Shown one piece after another: positions 35,401 through 47,520 of a stretch of 64,000 nt of DNA. How positions within the stretch are numbered: the first letter of the stretch is position 1; the number at the start of each line of letters is the position of its first letter. The notes under the pieces are model-generated. The model saw nothing but the letters and a program-made list of their open reading frames with translations, did not search any database and had not been told where the DNA came from. The translations under genes and the position numbers were made by a program. Origin of the DNA: Raillietiella orientalis (lineage: Eukaryota); NCBI GenBank assembly GCA_036172245.1, contig JAYWIR010000007.1:4340001-4404000 (forward strand), written 5' to 3'.

Positions 35401-38139
35401 GAGCTGTCCGTCACGGCCCCAGGAACCCCTCCGTCCGCGCGCGCGAGGTCGGGAACAGCTCTACGAGCATCCGCCTGCCGGGTGCTGGGAGAGCGCAGAC
35501 CTTCTCTCTGTCCAAGGGGGTCGGGGCAGGACGGGAGGGCGCGAAAATCTTCTCTCCTGCTTAGGCGGCCCCGCGTGCCTCCTGCGACGCGCTCCAAGGT
35601 CGCAGGCAGCCTCCCAGCGGCCGGAATCGCCGCTGGGTAGGTGGGCGGAACGGACGAGCGCCACGCGCGCGCTCCCGGCACGCTTCCCGGATTCGCCTGC
35701 GCTCCCTCGCGCCCGGCGCGCTTCCTACCCCGCCGGGCGTCCGGCGGCCTCCCGGAGAGCGCGGGACGTCCGTCGGGGCAGTGCGCCGGGAGCGAGGGAT
35801 ACGCCCGTCCCGGCACGAAGCGTTCCCTCAGGGAGCGCGCGCAGGAGAGAGAGAGGAGAGAAAAAATAGGGTGGGTGGGCGATGGGGGTGGGGAGAGGCC
35901 GCGTTTGTTCGTGAGGGCGTCCCTGCAGCTTCGCGGGGAAACCGGAAAGCAGTTTCGTGAGCGCTCTCCCCCCCCTCCCCTCTGCTGCATGGGGTGGGGG
36001 GGGAGGGGAAGTGGAAGAAAGAAAGGAGGGAGCAAGCGAGCGGCGGGGTGGGCAGGAAGACAAATTGCCGAAGGCTGCAAATTGGTCGCGAGGAGTCGGG
36101 CGATTCAATCGGGAGAGGAGGAGGGCAGCGCGGCGACCCTCATTGTGTGGCGGCGGCGCCCCCCTCTCCCTCCTGCCATTCACAGTCCCACCGGATTCGC
36201 CCCCAGATCGGGCGAAAGGGGTGGGGAGGGGGCAAGCCGGCGGCCAGACCTCCTTCTCAGGGTTCCCGCTGATAGCCGTGGCGCAATCAGTGAATTCGCG
36301 CCACCCGACCCACACAAAGGCTGCGGGTCGAGTGGCGACCGGGTGCCGCGTGCAGGCGTGCGCGCGTGTCCGTGGAAGGGGCAGTCAGAAAGGGGGAGAG
36401 GGGGGCGCCTTCCGCATGCCGCCGGAGGGTGTGCAGGCGGCGGCGTCCGCCAGGAGGAGGGGGCGGGCGCTCCCGTCCCTGCCCCTGGCGAGGGAGCCGC
36501 GGGGTCACCCCGTTTTCCCCCGGACGAGGCGCGAAGCCGCCACCCCTCCCGAAAAATCCCTTCCGCCCCACCCACCCCCTTTCTTCCGAAGAAAGGGGTG
36601 CGTGAAGCGCGAATCCCGGCCATGCTTTGTCTGCCGGGGCGGCGGGGGGGAGGAGCGCAGGAGGGGAGGGGAGGGAGGGAGAGATGCTACGCCGGGTGAT
36701 CTCCACAGATGCCGGAGGCATTCGAGCGCAAGTAACGAGCCGGCCGCCCTCCCCGCCCTCCTCCCGGGAGCGCGCAGGGACACCGCGCACCCGCCGTCCT
36801 CGCGATGCGCGTGGCCCTTCTTCCGGGGCCGCGAGCATCCGCCCCTTTCTGCCGCGGAGGGGGGGGGGGATAAGTCCCTCGGACTGTCCGCGGCCTGAGG
36901 AAACCCTTCCGCGTTCTCTGCACGTGCGGGGCGCGAAGGCAGCCGAGGGCGCAGAGAAGGGAACCCCTTGACGCTCCATGGTGACTCCATCCCTTCTGGA
37001 GCCACCGGACGCGGAAGAAACTGCGGGGAGGGAGCACTTGGCCTTCTGGAAGCACTGCCTGAGGGAGGGGAGGGGGCAGAGGGAAAGCGGGGGAGGGTAG
37101 AGGATCACACCTACTGCTCGCAGCCGCTCCGCCGCCGAAGGGAACCTCTGGGAAGGGAGGCGAAGGGGACGTGCAGGTCTCCCCTCTGCCTTCCCGTGCG
37201 TAGCGCTGACCTCTTCAGTCTGGCGTGCGATGGGAGAGGTTGACACGCGCGCGCCCCGGCGAGCGAAGCGGGAAGATGACGCCGAGGACGGGCAAAGGGG
37301 AGAGGACCCTCGAGCTCTGATCCCGGGATAGCTCTCTGGCCTCCCTTCCCCTTTGGAGGGGGAGGAGGGAATAGGCGCGGCAGCGCATGTGGGACGCGCG
37401 GACGCCAGCGGTGAGCGCCGCAGCGACGGCGAGGACATGGCTGCGGGGCTGGAAGTGCCGCCGCTGGTCGGCTGCTAGACGCTCCTGCTTCGGGGTGGGG
37501 GAGCGCTTTCAGAGAACCGGGGTCGCGGGCGGAGTGCCCTCTTGGGGAGGCCTGCAAGCTCCTGTCGCTCCCGAGATCGGAGCATCCCGCCGGACGGCTC
37601 CGCACGGAGCAGGAGCCGGGTGGCGGCCGCAGCGTCCCAGGGGGCGTGCCATTGGGCCGCCCACGCTCCTGGGTCCGTCTTCGGGACGCAGTCGAGGGCC
37701 TCGGAAGGGACCGACCAATCTTGCAGTTTGCGGGGGGCTCCTTTGTCCTGGGGGCTGACCGCCCTGTTGGGTCAAGGAGCGGAGAGAGATGACTCCGGAT
37801 CGGATTGGAACCCCCTGGGGGCAGCGAAGGGGCAGGGGCGCGGGTGAAAACGGCGTGCGCGCCTCCGCCTTTTCTCAACCGACGGACCGCGGCGGCTTAC
37901 GGGCAGTCCGCCTGGCAGCGGTCGCTGCGCCCAGCCGGGGCGGATCGGCGGCGAAGGAGTCGCAGGCGGGGCGATCCCCCCTCCCCCTTCTCGGATCGAT
38001 TCCCGACGGTGCAGCAGCACGGTGTGCCGGTGCTGCCTTAGCCGTCGACCACGTGCGACCTCGGGAGGAGCGAGGCCGCAAGCAGCTCCCCCCCCCCTCT
38101 TTGCGAATCGCGCGCGCTGCGGAGCCAAATTCAGAGGCG

Positions 38140-39725
38140 GCGACGGCCTCCCTCACGCGCCAATCCATGAATACGGGATGCTCCTCGCCGCCGCTCTGAC
38201 GTGTATCAAATTCTTGCGGTAATCGAAAAAAGTGGCTCCGGGAAAATTGCCTTCCCGGATGACGGATGAGGAAAAGAGATACTTCGATCATGAATAATTC
38301 AGTTTTAAAGCAGGTCGGCAGAATTTTCGAGCGCCCCGCGGAAATGAATTGGCGCCCCTCCTTCCCCAGAAGCCCCTCGGCTTCGATCCTCCTCCCCCCC
38401 TCCTCCTCCTTTTTTCTTTTCTTTTTTCGTCGAGAATCCTGCGGCGCCGAAGATTGATCCGGTTCATCCCGTTGATGGAAAGCCTCCTTTTTCTCCCTTC
38501 CTCCTCCCTCCCCAGCCCGCCCCCCTTGAAAAAGAAGCTGCAAGACCTCCAGTTGAAACCGGCACTTGTCAACAGCCATTTGTTCCTTAATGATAGCCAT
38601 TCGGCAGCCATAGCTCTTGCGCGCCGGAGCTGCTGACAGCAGAAATGAGGAGTGTCGTCAGAGTGCCTCTCCGGATGCTGACGGAGGCTTTGCGAGTCGC
38701 AATCTGCTCCACGGGAACGAAAGCGAAAGGCGCCGACGCGACGTCCAGTCCGGGACGAGGACAGCCTCCACGAAGGACACACGGCACGCCCTTCCGCTGC
38801 CTCCGGCAGCCCCTGCATGCATCCTCTTGTACCCTTCCGTTGGCGCCTGCATGCAACCTGGCCTACAGCAGCGCTCGTGGTGGCAGTCCTCCAAAGAGCA
38901 GTCCCAGCAGCGCGCCCGGCAAGCGGCGCTCGCAGCGTCTCCCAGGGGGGGCGGTCGGCTGCTGGGGATAGGCGGACTCTCCGACCGGACGGTCGGTCCG
39001 GCGTCCCGAGTGCTCCTGAGCTGGGGGGGGGGGTCGTTCCAGAGCAAAAAAGGAGAAGAAAAAACGTGGATGAAAAAGGGAAAAAGGTGGACGAAAGGGG
39101 GGGGGGGTGACGCGACCCGTCCGTTTTTCCTCCCCCCCTACCACCGTGCTGCCTCCCCTCCGGCGGGTGCGCACCGCGGCTCCCTCCTCCCCTGCCCCTT
39201 TCTTGCTTCCCCCGTCACGAGGAAGGAACCTTTTCCTCGTTTCGCTGGGCTGGTCGCGAAGGTCTCCCGGTCGCCGGTGGCAACCGACTCGGGAGGTCGC
39301 GTTTCACGCGGGACCCCGAGAGCTTATTATCTCAGGTGCTCGGCCGGGTATCCCAGCGCCCCTTTTCGCACTCGGGCGGCTACACTTCCCGGCTGTTAAT
39401 AATTGGCAGTCTTCGTAAACAAAGAGCGGCGGAATCCCGAAAGCCGGCTTTCATTTGCTTTCCCTTTTTCACCCCGGGAAGAAGAGGCGGGAGAGAGGAA
39501 AAAAAAAAAAAGGAAAAAAAAAGGGAGAAGAAGAAGGAGGAGGAGGAGGAGGAGGAGGAGAAAGAAGAAAAAAAACGCACTGCCATAGGAATCCAATTTG
39601 TTTTTTATTAGTTTCGAATCCCGGAATCCGTCATTGTTGCCATAATGAATGGGTGGCGAAAACTCCCTCGAAAATGTCGGATCTTCCAACATTGTCACCG
39701 TGGAAACGGAACACGGAAACAAACG
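38140..39725. promoter_or_regulatory. Putative CNE-like islands (~38140-38355, 38520-38900, 39395-39470, 39575-39725)
   Basis: Unique AT-richer blocks with TAAT cores, a TGACAG site and an X-box-like GTCACCGTGGAAAC (39694-39707). Confidence 0.45.
39489..39575 (+). repeat. 87-nt uninterrupted polypurine tract (A runs, GAA and GAG repeats)
   Basis: No pyrimidine occurs between 39489 and 39575. Confidence 0.9.
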
Positions 39726-42700
39726 AGGGGAGCAGGGGAGGAGGGGTAGGTGCGGCGGGTGGGTGAAGAGGTAGGGAGAATGGAAACGGGGTGGGGGGTG
39801 GGGATAAAAAGAGAGAAAGTGATCGTGGGGCGGGAAAACGAAAGTGAGTCCCCCTGCGAGGGGGCGACGGCGGCGGCGCCCGCACCCCATCTCTCACGCG
39901 GAGAGATGCTTCGGGCGCGTCCCGCCGCCGGCAGCAAGGGGTGGACGCGGGGGAACGCGCTCTCGCCCGCCTGGCAGAGAGGGGGCCGAAGGCGGCCCTC
40001 TGTTCCCCCCCCTCTCTTCACGCCTCCCCACTCCTTCCCTCCCTTCTCGCTGCCGCCCCCCGGAGCCGGCCGCGGGTGGGGGAAGGGGATCTGCCCGTGG
40101 TCCAAGCTCCCTCCGCGCCCGTCCGGATCGCGGACAGCGGGAGAGGGGGAACCGCTTCCTCCGGGACGAGCGGGAGCGGGCGGTCGCGGACTCGCCGCTA
40201 GGGGCGCGCGCCACCTTTCCGCGACCGCGAGCGGGCGGGGAGGTTCTCTCGCAGTCTGATTCTCCGCTCCCATTAACATTTAGTGCTCCCCCAGCGCCCT
40301 CACGCGTCGGGATGCGAGGAATCTCGCTCCCCGCATCCCGGAGTTTACGATCCTTCCGCCTCGGACGCGAAAGGGATGAGGGATAAGCGATCCCCTGGAG
40401 CCATAAGCCGTCTCCGCGCTCCGTGATATTTTATGAAAAATGCGCGGACCTGTGACAGTTATGGGCAGGGCTGGGCGCGCCGGAAGGAGCAGCCTCGGAG
40501 CCCCGAGAGCGAGCGTGGTCCCGGAACGGTAGGGAGGGGGGGGATCCCTTCGCTCCTTTCGTTCCTCAGGAGGTCCTGTTGCCAAGCAGCGTGGCGGCGC
40601 GTGTTCGCTCCCTTTACTCCTCGAGCCCTCGGGGATAGGGAAAGGGGAGGAGGATCCCCTGTCGTCGTCGTCCCCTCCCTACCCCCTCTTCCCTTTTCCG
40701 CTGTCACCCTCCCCTTCCCCTGCTTCTCGTCCCCCGGGGAACGCACGAACGAACGAAGTCTGCCCGCCTTCCCTGGTCCCGTCCGTCCCGGGCGCGGGGG
40801 AAAGCGAAAACTTTGCGTGCGGCGAAACACGGGTGGAGGGCGAGCAGGAGGGAGAGAGGGGCCGGGATGCTGCGCGGACGCGGTCGGGTCACATGGCAAC
40901 GGACCTTCCTGGTCGGCGGCCGTTCCCAGCCTCTCCCGCTCGTCCTCTGTCTTCAGACCGCGCGCCACGGCAAGGAGGAGAGGGGGGGAGAGAAGGAGCG
41001 GAAGCTCCCCGAGAATTCCCTTCCAGGATTCTTCCTCTGCGGGCGATGAGGCGGGCGAGCAGTCAGGGAGGGGGAAAGGAAGGCGGCCCTTCCCTTCCTG
41101 TCTGGCTATCCTCGCCTCCCTGACTCAGAGGCGCCAGCACGCCCCTCAGTGGACGCCACAATCCACCCCCTCACTTCTCCGATCTGTGAATTCTCCTCCC
41201 TGAAGGCTCCTCGTTCCCGCGCCTGCGCCCTCTTCCCGGCGCCCGGGCAGTGCACCGCCGTCGGGAAAGAAGGGGAACGAACGGTACACCCTCTCGCGAT
41301 GCGCCGGAGCTGGAGAACAGCAGGAGAGGGTGGGTGGGGTGCGAGTGGGGGAGGGCGGCCTCGTTGAAGGGCCTCTTCCCCCCTCCTCCCCTCGAGACGC
41401 TCCCGTGCAGAGTCCCGGGAGCGCTCGGGCCACCCTGCGGGCGATGGCGGCTGCTGCAGGGAGCGGAGTTCGGTGCCAGCTGCGATGCCGCGACCCCCTC
41501 CCTTCCCCCAACCTTCTCTGCACCTGCCACGCCGCCTCCTGCCTGCACAGGGACTCCGGGCGAGCCGGTGACGGCTCGCCCGGAGTCACCGCCGGCGCCA
41601 AACACAGCGTGAGCGCACGCGTCACCTCCGCGCCCTTCTCGGCTATCCCTCGAGGCGCTTTCTGCACGCGAGCAGCTTCCGTCCTGACCGGTCAAGTGGC
41701 CGGCGCGCGCAACGTCCGTTAGCTGTCGGCGGGGCGGGGGCACCACGGCCGCGTCCAGGCAGCCGCGCGGCTGCAGTCGCCCCCGCTGGCGGCGGGGAGG
41801 GAAAGGGGGGAGGTGGAAGGGCGAAGGAGACCATAGCAACAGAGTCCTCTCGCTCGCCCCGTGGCCGAAGATCAGGCCGCCGCCCTGCGGCCAGTCGGCT
41901 TCCTCAGCTGCCCTCGACCAACCCCTTCCTCCACGAGTCCTGCGCCCACCGGCGCTCTGCGGACGTGTGGAGGAGGGGTGGTGGTGGTGGTGGCTTCCCA
42001 GCTCCCTCCCTCCCGAGCGTGTGATCCTGCGGGTAGTCCCTCGACCATGCCTGGAGGGCAGCTCGAGATGTGCGCGCGCTGCGGGGTGTTTCGCCGGCGG
42101 AGGTCACATCCTGAAGCCTGCGGCGGTGGCGCCTCCCTCGCCTCCCGACCCCGCGCTCGTAGTCCTCGTCTTGGGACAGCCCTTCCCCTGCCCCTCCCCT
42201 TCCTTCCCATGCTGACCGCAAAGGCGGAGGTGGCCCCTCGGGAACCCGGGGGGAAAGTGCCTCTGGCCCGCAGGCAGGCGGGAGGGAGAGGCGAGGCAGC
42301 TGCTGGCGTGACGGCGCGCCCCCCGGGAGATTCTCCTTTGCAAAGGGTCTCCAGTCCTCCTCGGCTTCGCCGAGAGGTTGCCCTGAGGCAGACACGTCGT
42401 GCGAGGTACGTCCAAATCAGAGCGCCTTCTGGTGACGATGGAGCTGAGGCGACGCCGCCACCAGGCGATTCCGCCCTCCCCCACAGCGAGACTGCGCCCG
42501 CTCTCGCCTTTGGTTTGGAGGCGCACCCTCACTGAACCGAGACCGCCGCCGCTGTGAGAGGTGGGGCCGCGCGCGGGGCGAGTCCCGTGTACGCTCCACC
42601 GTCCGGGAAGACAACAGCGGAAAAAGGAAAACAACGGGAGGCCACGACCCCTCGTGCCTCGCGCGTGGGGCCTCTGCCTCCCGGCACAGAAGGGGCGAAA

Positions 42701-43209
42701 GGGGAAGGCGCGGTGCCGCGTGGGTGCGCCCGCCCCCTTCCCTCCCGAGCGTTCGCCGTTCCCTCTTTCCCCGTCTCCGCGCGCGCGCTCCCGGTGTTCC
42801 GCGCGCCCCTTCCCTCCTTCCCTTTCCCGCGTCCGGGAAGACAGCGGGTTCCCCCCCCCCCCTCCCCCTTGGTTGCGCGTGGTCCCGCCCGCCCGCCGTC
42901 GTCCGCGCACTTCTCGTAGGTTCGGTGCGCTCCGGGCATGAAAAACGCCCCTATTTGTCTTCCTAACTGCACCCCTGTCGCCGAGCCCGCGAGTAAATCG
43001 CGCCATCCCAGACGTCCTCGTTACCGGCGTTCGGAAGCTGCAGATGCCTGCCGCTCACTCCGCGTTGCTCTCCTTCCTTTTTCATTTTTTTTTCCTGGCC
43101 ACGCGCGCGCTCCTGAGGCGGCGGGGTCTCGGGAGAACATCCCTGCCTCTCTCCCCCCCTCCTCCTCTTGCCCTCCCGCCGCCGCCTTTCGCGCCGTTTG
43201 CGCGATCCG

Positions 43210-45160
43210 CGGCCCTTTAAATTTTCATGCCCGCGACAATGGCTGCTCGGTTGGTGCCTCCGCTCCCAGACCGGGCATACGCATGCAAATCCCGGAAACC
43301 GTACGACATATCTTTCATCTCTGATTACTCCGCTTCGTTCATCCCGGTGGTTCATTTTTCCCAGAGGGCCTCCCGGGAACGTTCGCCGCCCGTAAATCAT
43401 AGAGCGCACGCTGGAACGGCGCGAAGCGGACGCTCCGTGGTTCCAAGATGGCGGAAGTTCCCCCCCCCCCTCGAAAACGTTGCCTTCTCCCTCCCTGCCA
43501 CCTTTTCCCCTCTCCTCCCCCCCCCATTCCCCTCGTGCGCGCCCCCCTCTCTTCGCTGCAAATCGAAAGCTGAACGAATGGGAAGAGCGAAAACTGCGGG
43601 ATGCGCCCGCCGCACTTCAGCCGGCGGGACTGCCCGCCCGCTCTCGCGAACTCGGATCGTCCTCGCGTCGCCCCTCCTCCTCCTCCTCTGTCCAGGGAAT
43701 TTCGGGATATCCCGGAACGGGGCGGCGAAAGAAGGGGGAGGGAAGGAGCGAAAGTTGCGCGACAGCTGCGTTCGTCGCCACCGCCCCCGACGACGGCGGG
43801 CGCGTGACCGCGCGGCACGACTGCGCCGCGGCCCGCCGGACGCACGGCGGGCCGCGCCCCGACCGCGGTTGCACCGCATTACGCTCGGGGGCACCCCATA
43901 TCACGCGAGACCTATAATCACGTTTCCTTGATTTCATTCCCGTAATTGCGTTCGCGTACCCGTCAAGGCTCTGCCCCCCCCCCTCCCCCAAGAGGCCCCC
44001 AAAAGGGAAAAGAAAGACACCGGAATTGGAAATAAGAATAGGAATAAGAATAAGAAAAAGCATCCCGCGGCCCGTCGGGCAGAGTTAACGTCTGCTGCGC
44101 CCGATATCCTCTTCCTTCCGCCAGCAGTCAGGCGCCGCCAAAAACGGGATGAGATCCTAATTGAATCACCCCGATGGATCTGTCTCTCCCGGCCAGGAGA
44201 AAAGTGAGAACCGGGCACACCGGAGATGGCGCACTCGCGATCGCAGGAAGCCGAGGGGATTTTTCTGGAAGAGGTCGGACAGGCGACTTTCCTCCTGCTG
44301 GCGGCAGGCATTCCTCCCCCTCTTCCCCCCCTCCCTTCCTCCTCCAAGCACACACACACACACACACATATATATGTTCCGCGTTGGCTATCCCCGATCT
44401 CTCTCCCCTAGGGAACCCCCACTTAAAACGATAACATCCCTCAAAAAACACATCCTCACCCCTTTCCGAATTCCCTGAAAACGGTGTTGGGGCTTAAGTG
44501 GGGAAAAGGCGTCCTGGGCGTTACGACGGAAAGCATATTCCCGAATGGAATCGCAGGACAGCAGATTGCCGCCGAAGACGCATAAACAAAAGATGGAAGG
44601 GCTTCCTTTTTTTTTTTTTTTGCTTTTTTTGCTTTTTTTCTTTCCTCTTTATTTCCGCATCCTTTGGGCTGATACGAACGGCGGTGGTTAGACGCGCGAC
44701 CACGCAATCTCTTTTCGAATGGGCAAAACACGTCCCTCCCCCTCCCCCCCGCGCCATCCCTCTCCCAGCGCGGATGCGTCCGCCTTTGTCGAGGGTGATT
44801 GAGTCCTTTTGGAAAGCCAACACACGACGAAAGTTGTAAAACCAATTTTCACATTCTCATTTTTCCCTTTCTTCTTTTCAATTAATGGTTATAATGAGAG
44901 AGCACGGGGGATGAGAGGCGGCGGCGGGGGGGGGGGGAGAGAGATAGAGCGGAGATAGACGGAGAGGGAGGGAGGGAGGGAGAACACGACTTACAGGAGC
45001 GGAAATCGAATTACTCTTCCTGGTTGGAGCCGCATTCGCCATGAGGCTCCCTGCGAGCAGCGCGGGTCCATCATGAATCACGGCGCTCGCTCCTCTCCTT
45101 TCAGGGAACAGCGATGCATATCAGTTTATTGTGCTGCTTGATCACTAAATCATCGGCTGC
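43210..45160. promoter_or_regulatory. Putative CNE-like islands
   Basis: Contains octamer ATGCAAAT (43283-43290) and TAAT-rich patches (e.g. ~44880-44900, 45115-45150) between low-complexity spacers. Confidence 0.35.
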
Positions 45161-46779
45161 GGAGGAGCCCCCGAACCGGCGCTCCCGGATCCCTGGCAGC
45201 GCTCGACGGAGAGAGAGGCATCCTTTTCAGGTGCCTCCTTCCACCATCCCTCGAATATTCGGAAACGGCGGCGCATGCGCCGGACCTCACTTTCTGTCTT
45301 TCCTTCCCCCCCCCCCCCCGTCTTCCCCCTGCCCCCCTTTTCGCCTGCCTTTTCCCCACTCCCGACCAGGAGCAGCCCGTCGGGCGGGCGAACTCTTCGA
45401 GGGTTCCTCGCTTCCCTCCGGCTCGACCCGCTCCCTGATTTTGCCTCTGCTCGCCCCCTGACATCACGTCTCCAAGATTCATGCTCGGTAATTTGATAAA
45501 CGGCCGGGGGGCCTGGCTGTCGCGCGGAGAGTCCCCAGGATCGACACGATAATCACTCGAGCGGGGCGGGAAGGTCAGGAACGCTCGGAGCACGGAAAGC
45601 CAAGTGCTCGGTCAGGGGGAAGACCTCGGCGGCAGCGGCCCTCGTGGCACTCCCGCCGCCGCCTTCCCTGCGACGGGAGCCACGGCGCCGCCCGGACCCG
45701 GGAGCGAGGAAGCGCGCGTGCGGGGGGGGAGGGGGAGCACGCATGCAGGGGGTCCCCCTGGCCAAGCCTGGTAACACTGCGCCGAGCATTGTTGCCGCTC
45801 TATATTTAGATCCTGCGCAGGCGGTCGCGAAGGGCCGACAATGGAGAACGTTCGAGAAGTGGGGGGGGGGGAACAAAATGGGGCGAAACCGATCGCGCTG
45901 GGCCACCGAGCAGCAACGCAGTTCCCCTTGGCAGCAGCAGCAGCAGCCGTCCGAAGATCTGCTCTTTCCTTCTCCCCCTCCCCCTTCTGCCCGTCTCTCT
46001 GGTTTTCCCTTGCTGCCCTGCTGCTCGGTTCCTCTCCCGGAATCGAGAATCAGCACGCGCAAGGTGCACCTTCCACCCGCTCTCTGCCCCGGGGCGTTTA
46101 TTAGGCAAACCAGTCGGGAAGAAGGCAACAAAGAAGAAGAAGAAAAACAAGGGGGGGGGGGGGGGAGGATCCACCGGCTCACGGGCAAGAGGGTAAGCCG
46201 GCGCCCTCCGGTCGTGGTGCCTCGGAGCGGAGGCAGCGAGCAGAGAGCTGCTTTTCCCTCTTCGCCCCTTTTCTTCTGCTTCTTTCTCCTTTTCGCGACC
46301 GGGAAGCGCCGGCCCGCTTCGCATCTCCGGAGGGATCTCCGAAGCAGAGGGGGGAAACAGGAAGAGAAAAGTGGACAGGAGGCGAAAGCAGCTCCGACGT
46401 CGGGGAAACGGCCGGAGATCCCCCGCCGCCGCGCGCTGCGGGCGAAGAAGCCGAGGAGGCCGTCCCGGCAGCCCTGCCTCGTCGCCCGCCTCCCTCGCAC
46501 CGGGAATCCCTCTCCCGCAGGAACCTCCCTCCCTCTCTCCCCGAGAAAATCGTTTTCCGCCCGCCGCGCGCCTCCTCCCGCTCGCCCGTATTTTGACAAC
46601 AGCGTGTTGCTTCCTTCCTTTCGCCTCTCCTTTTGTCCGATGTTTGCACTCCTTTCAAAAGATCACGGCGCAGCGATTTTTGTTCGCCAAAGAAGGATGG
46701 GCGCCTCTCTTCCCTGGAAAGGAAAAGGAGAGAGAGAGAGAGAGAAGAAGAAGAAAAAAAAAAAAATCCCGGTCGCCGC

Positions 46780-47520
46780 ACCGCTTCGAGTGGGAAATAA
46801 TAAGTTTCCAAATCTGTCAAAAGAAAATCCCCCCCCCCCCTTTTCTAAGTGCCTTCCTGCTTTCTAAAGAATAAAAATGGTTTAATTGGAGCAGGAATTA
46901 GCTCTTTAAAGGCTCCTCGCTGGAAGTCCATGAAGGCTTTGTAATTGTTCAGTTCCTCCTTAGCGTGGCTGATTATTCAATCAAAACATTTGGAAGTCTC
47001 CCCCTTCCGAAGGGATGCAGTGCGTGCTCGAATTGATCCTCTTCCTACCAGAAAGGAGGGGGGGGAGGGGGGGGGGAGGAAAAAAAGGAAAAAGATGGAG
47101 AAAACGAGGGGGTAGGAAAGGAGAGGGGGAAGCATGAAAAGGAAAAAAAAAAAAAAAAAAATGGCGATTTTATTCCTTCAAGCATAATGCAGATGCGAGT
47201 TGAAATTCATGGAAGGAGTCGCAGAGGGCTCTCCTGCGCGAGTTTCCGGGAGTGCAGCAGATACGTGGGATTACCTAATCGTCTGCAGTGTAAAAGCAAA
47301 TCGCAATTAGAACCTGCAGTCCACGCCGGGAATGGTTCCATATATCGTGGCCTAATGTCCCAGGCTGAGGAGGAGAGCGTTCCGGGATCCCGGAAAACAA
47401 TGTATCACAAGAAGCCTTTGATCTTTAATTACCTCCCGGGATTATTGGAACCGTGTAGTGCCTGCTTTCGGCAACTAGAAAGGAGCGGATCAGCCGTCTC
47501 TGCAGAATGTTTATCGCTCC
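46780..47520. promoter_or_regulatory. Putative bipartite CNE/enhancer
   Basis: Two AT-richer blocks (~46860-47050 and 47160-47520) are split by a purine-rich tract. They carry many TAATT cores and a perfect TCF/LEF CCTTTGATC (47415-47423). Confidence 0.55.

Noticed and set aside
45644..46867. 407-aa ORF
   Set aside because: It crosses G runs, A runs and GA repeats, and no protein family was recognised.
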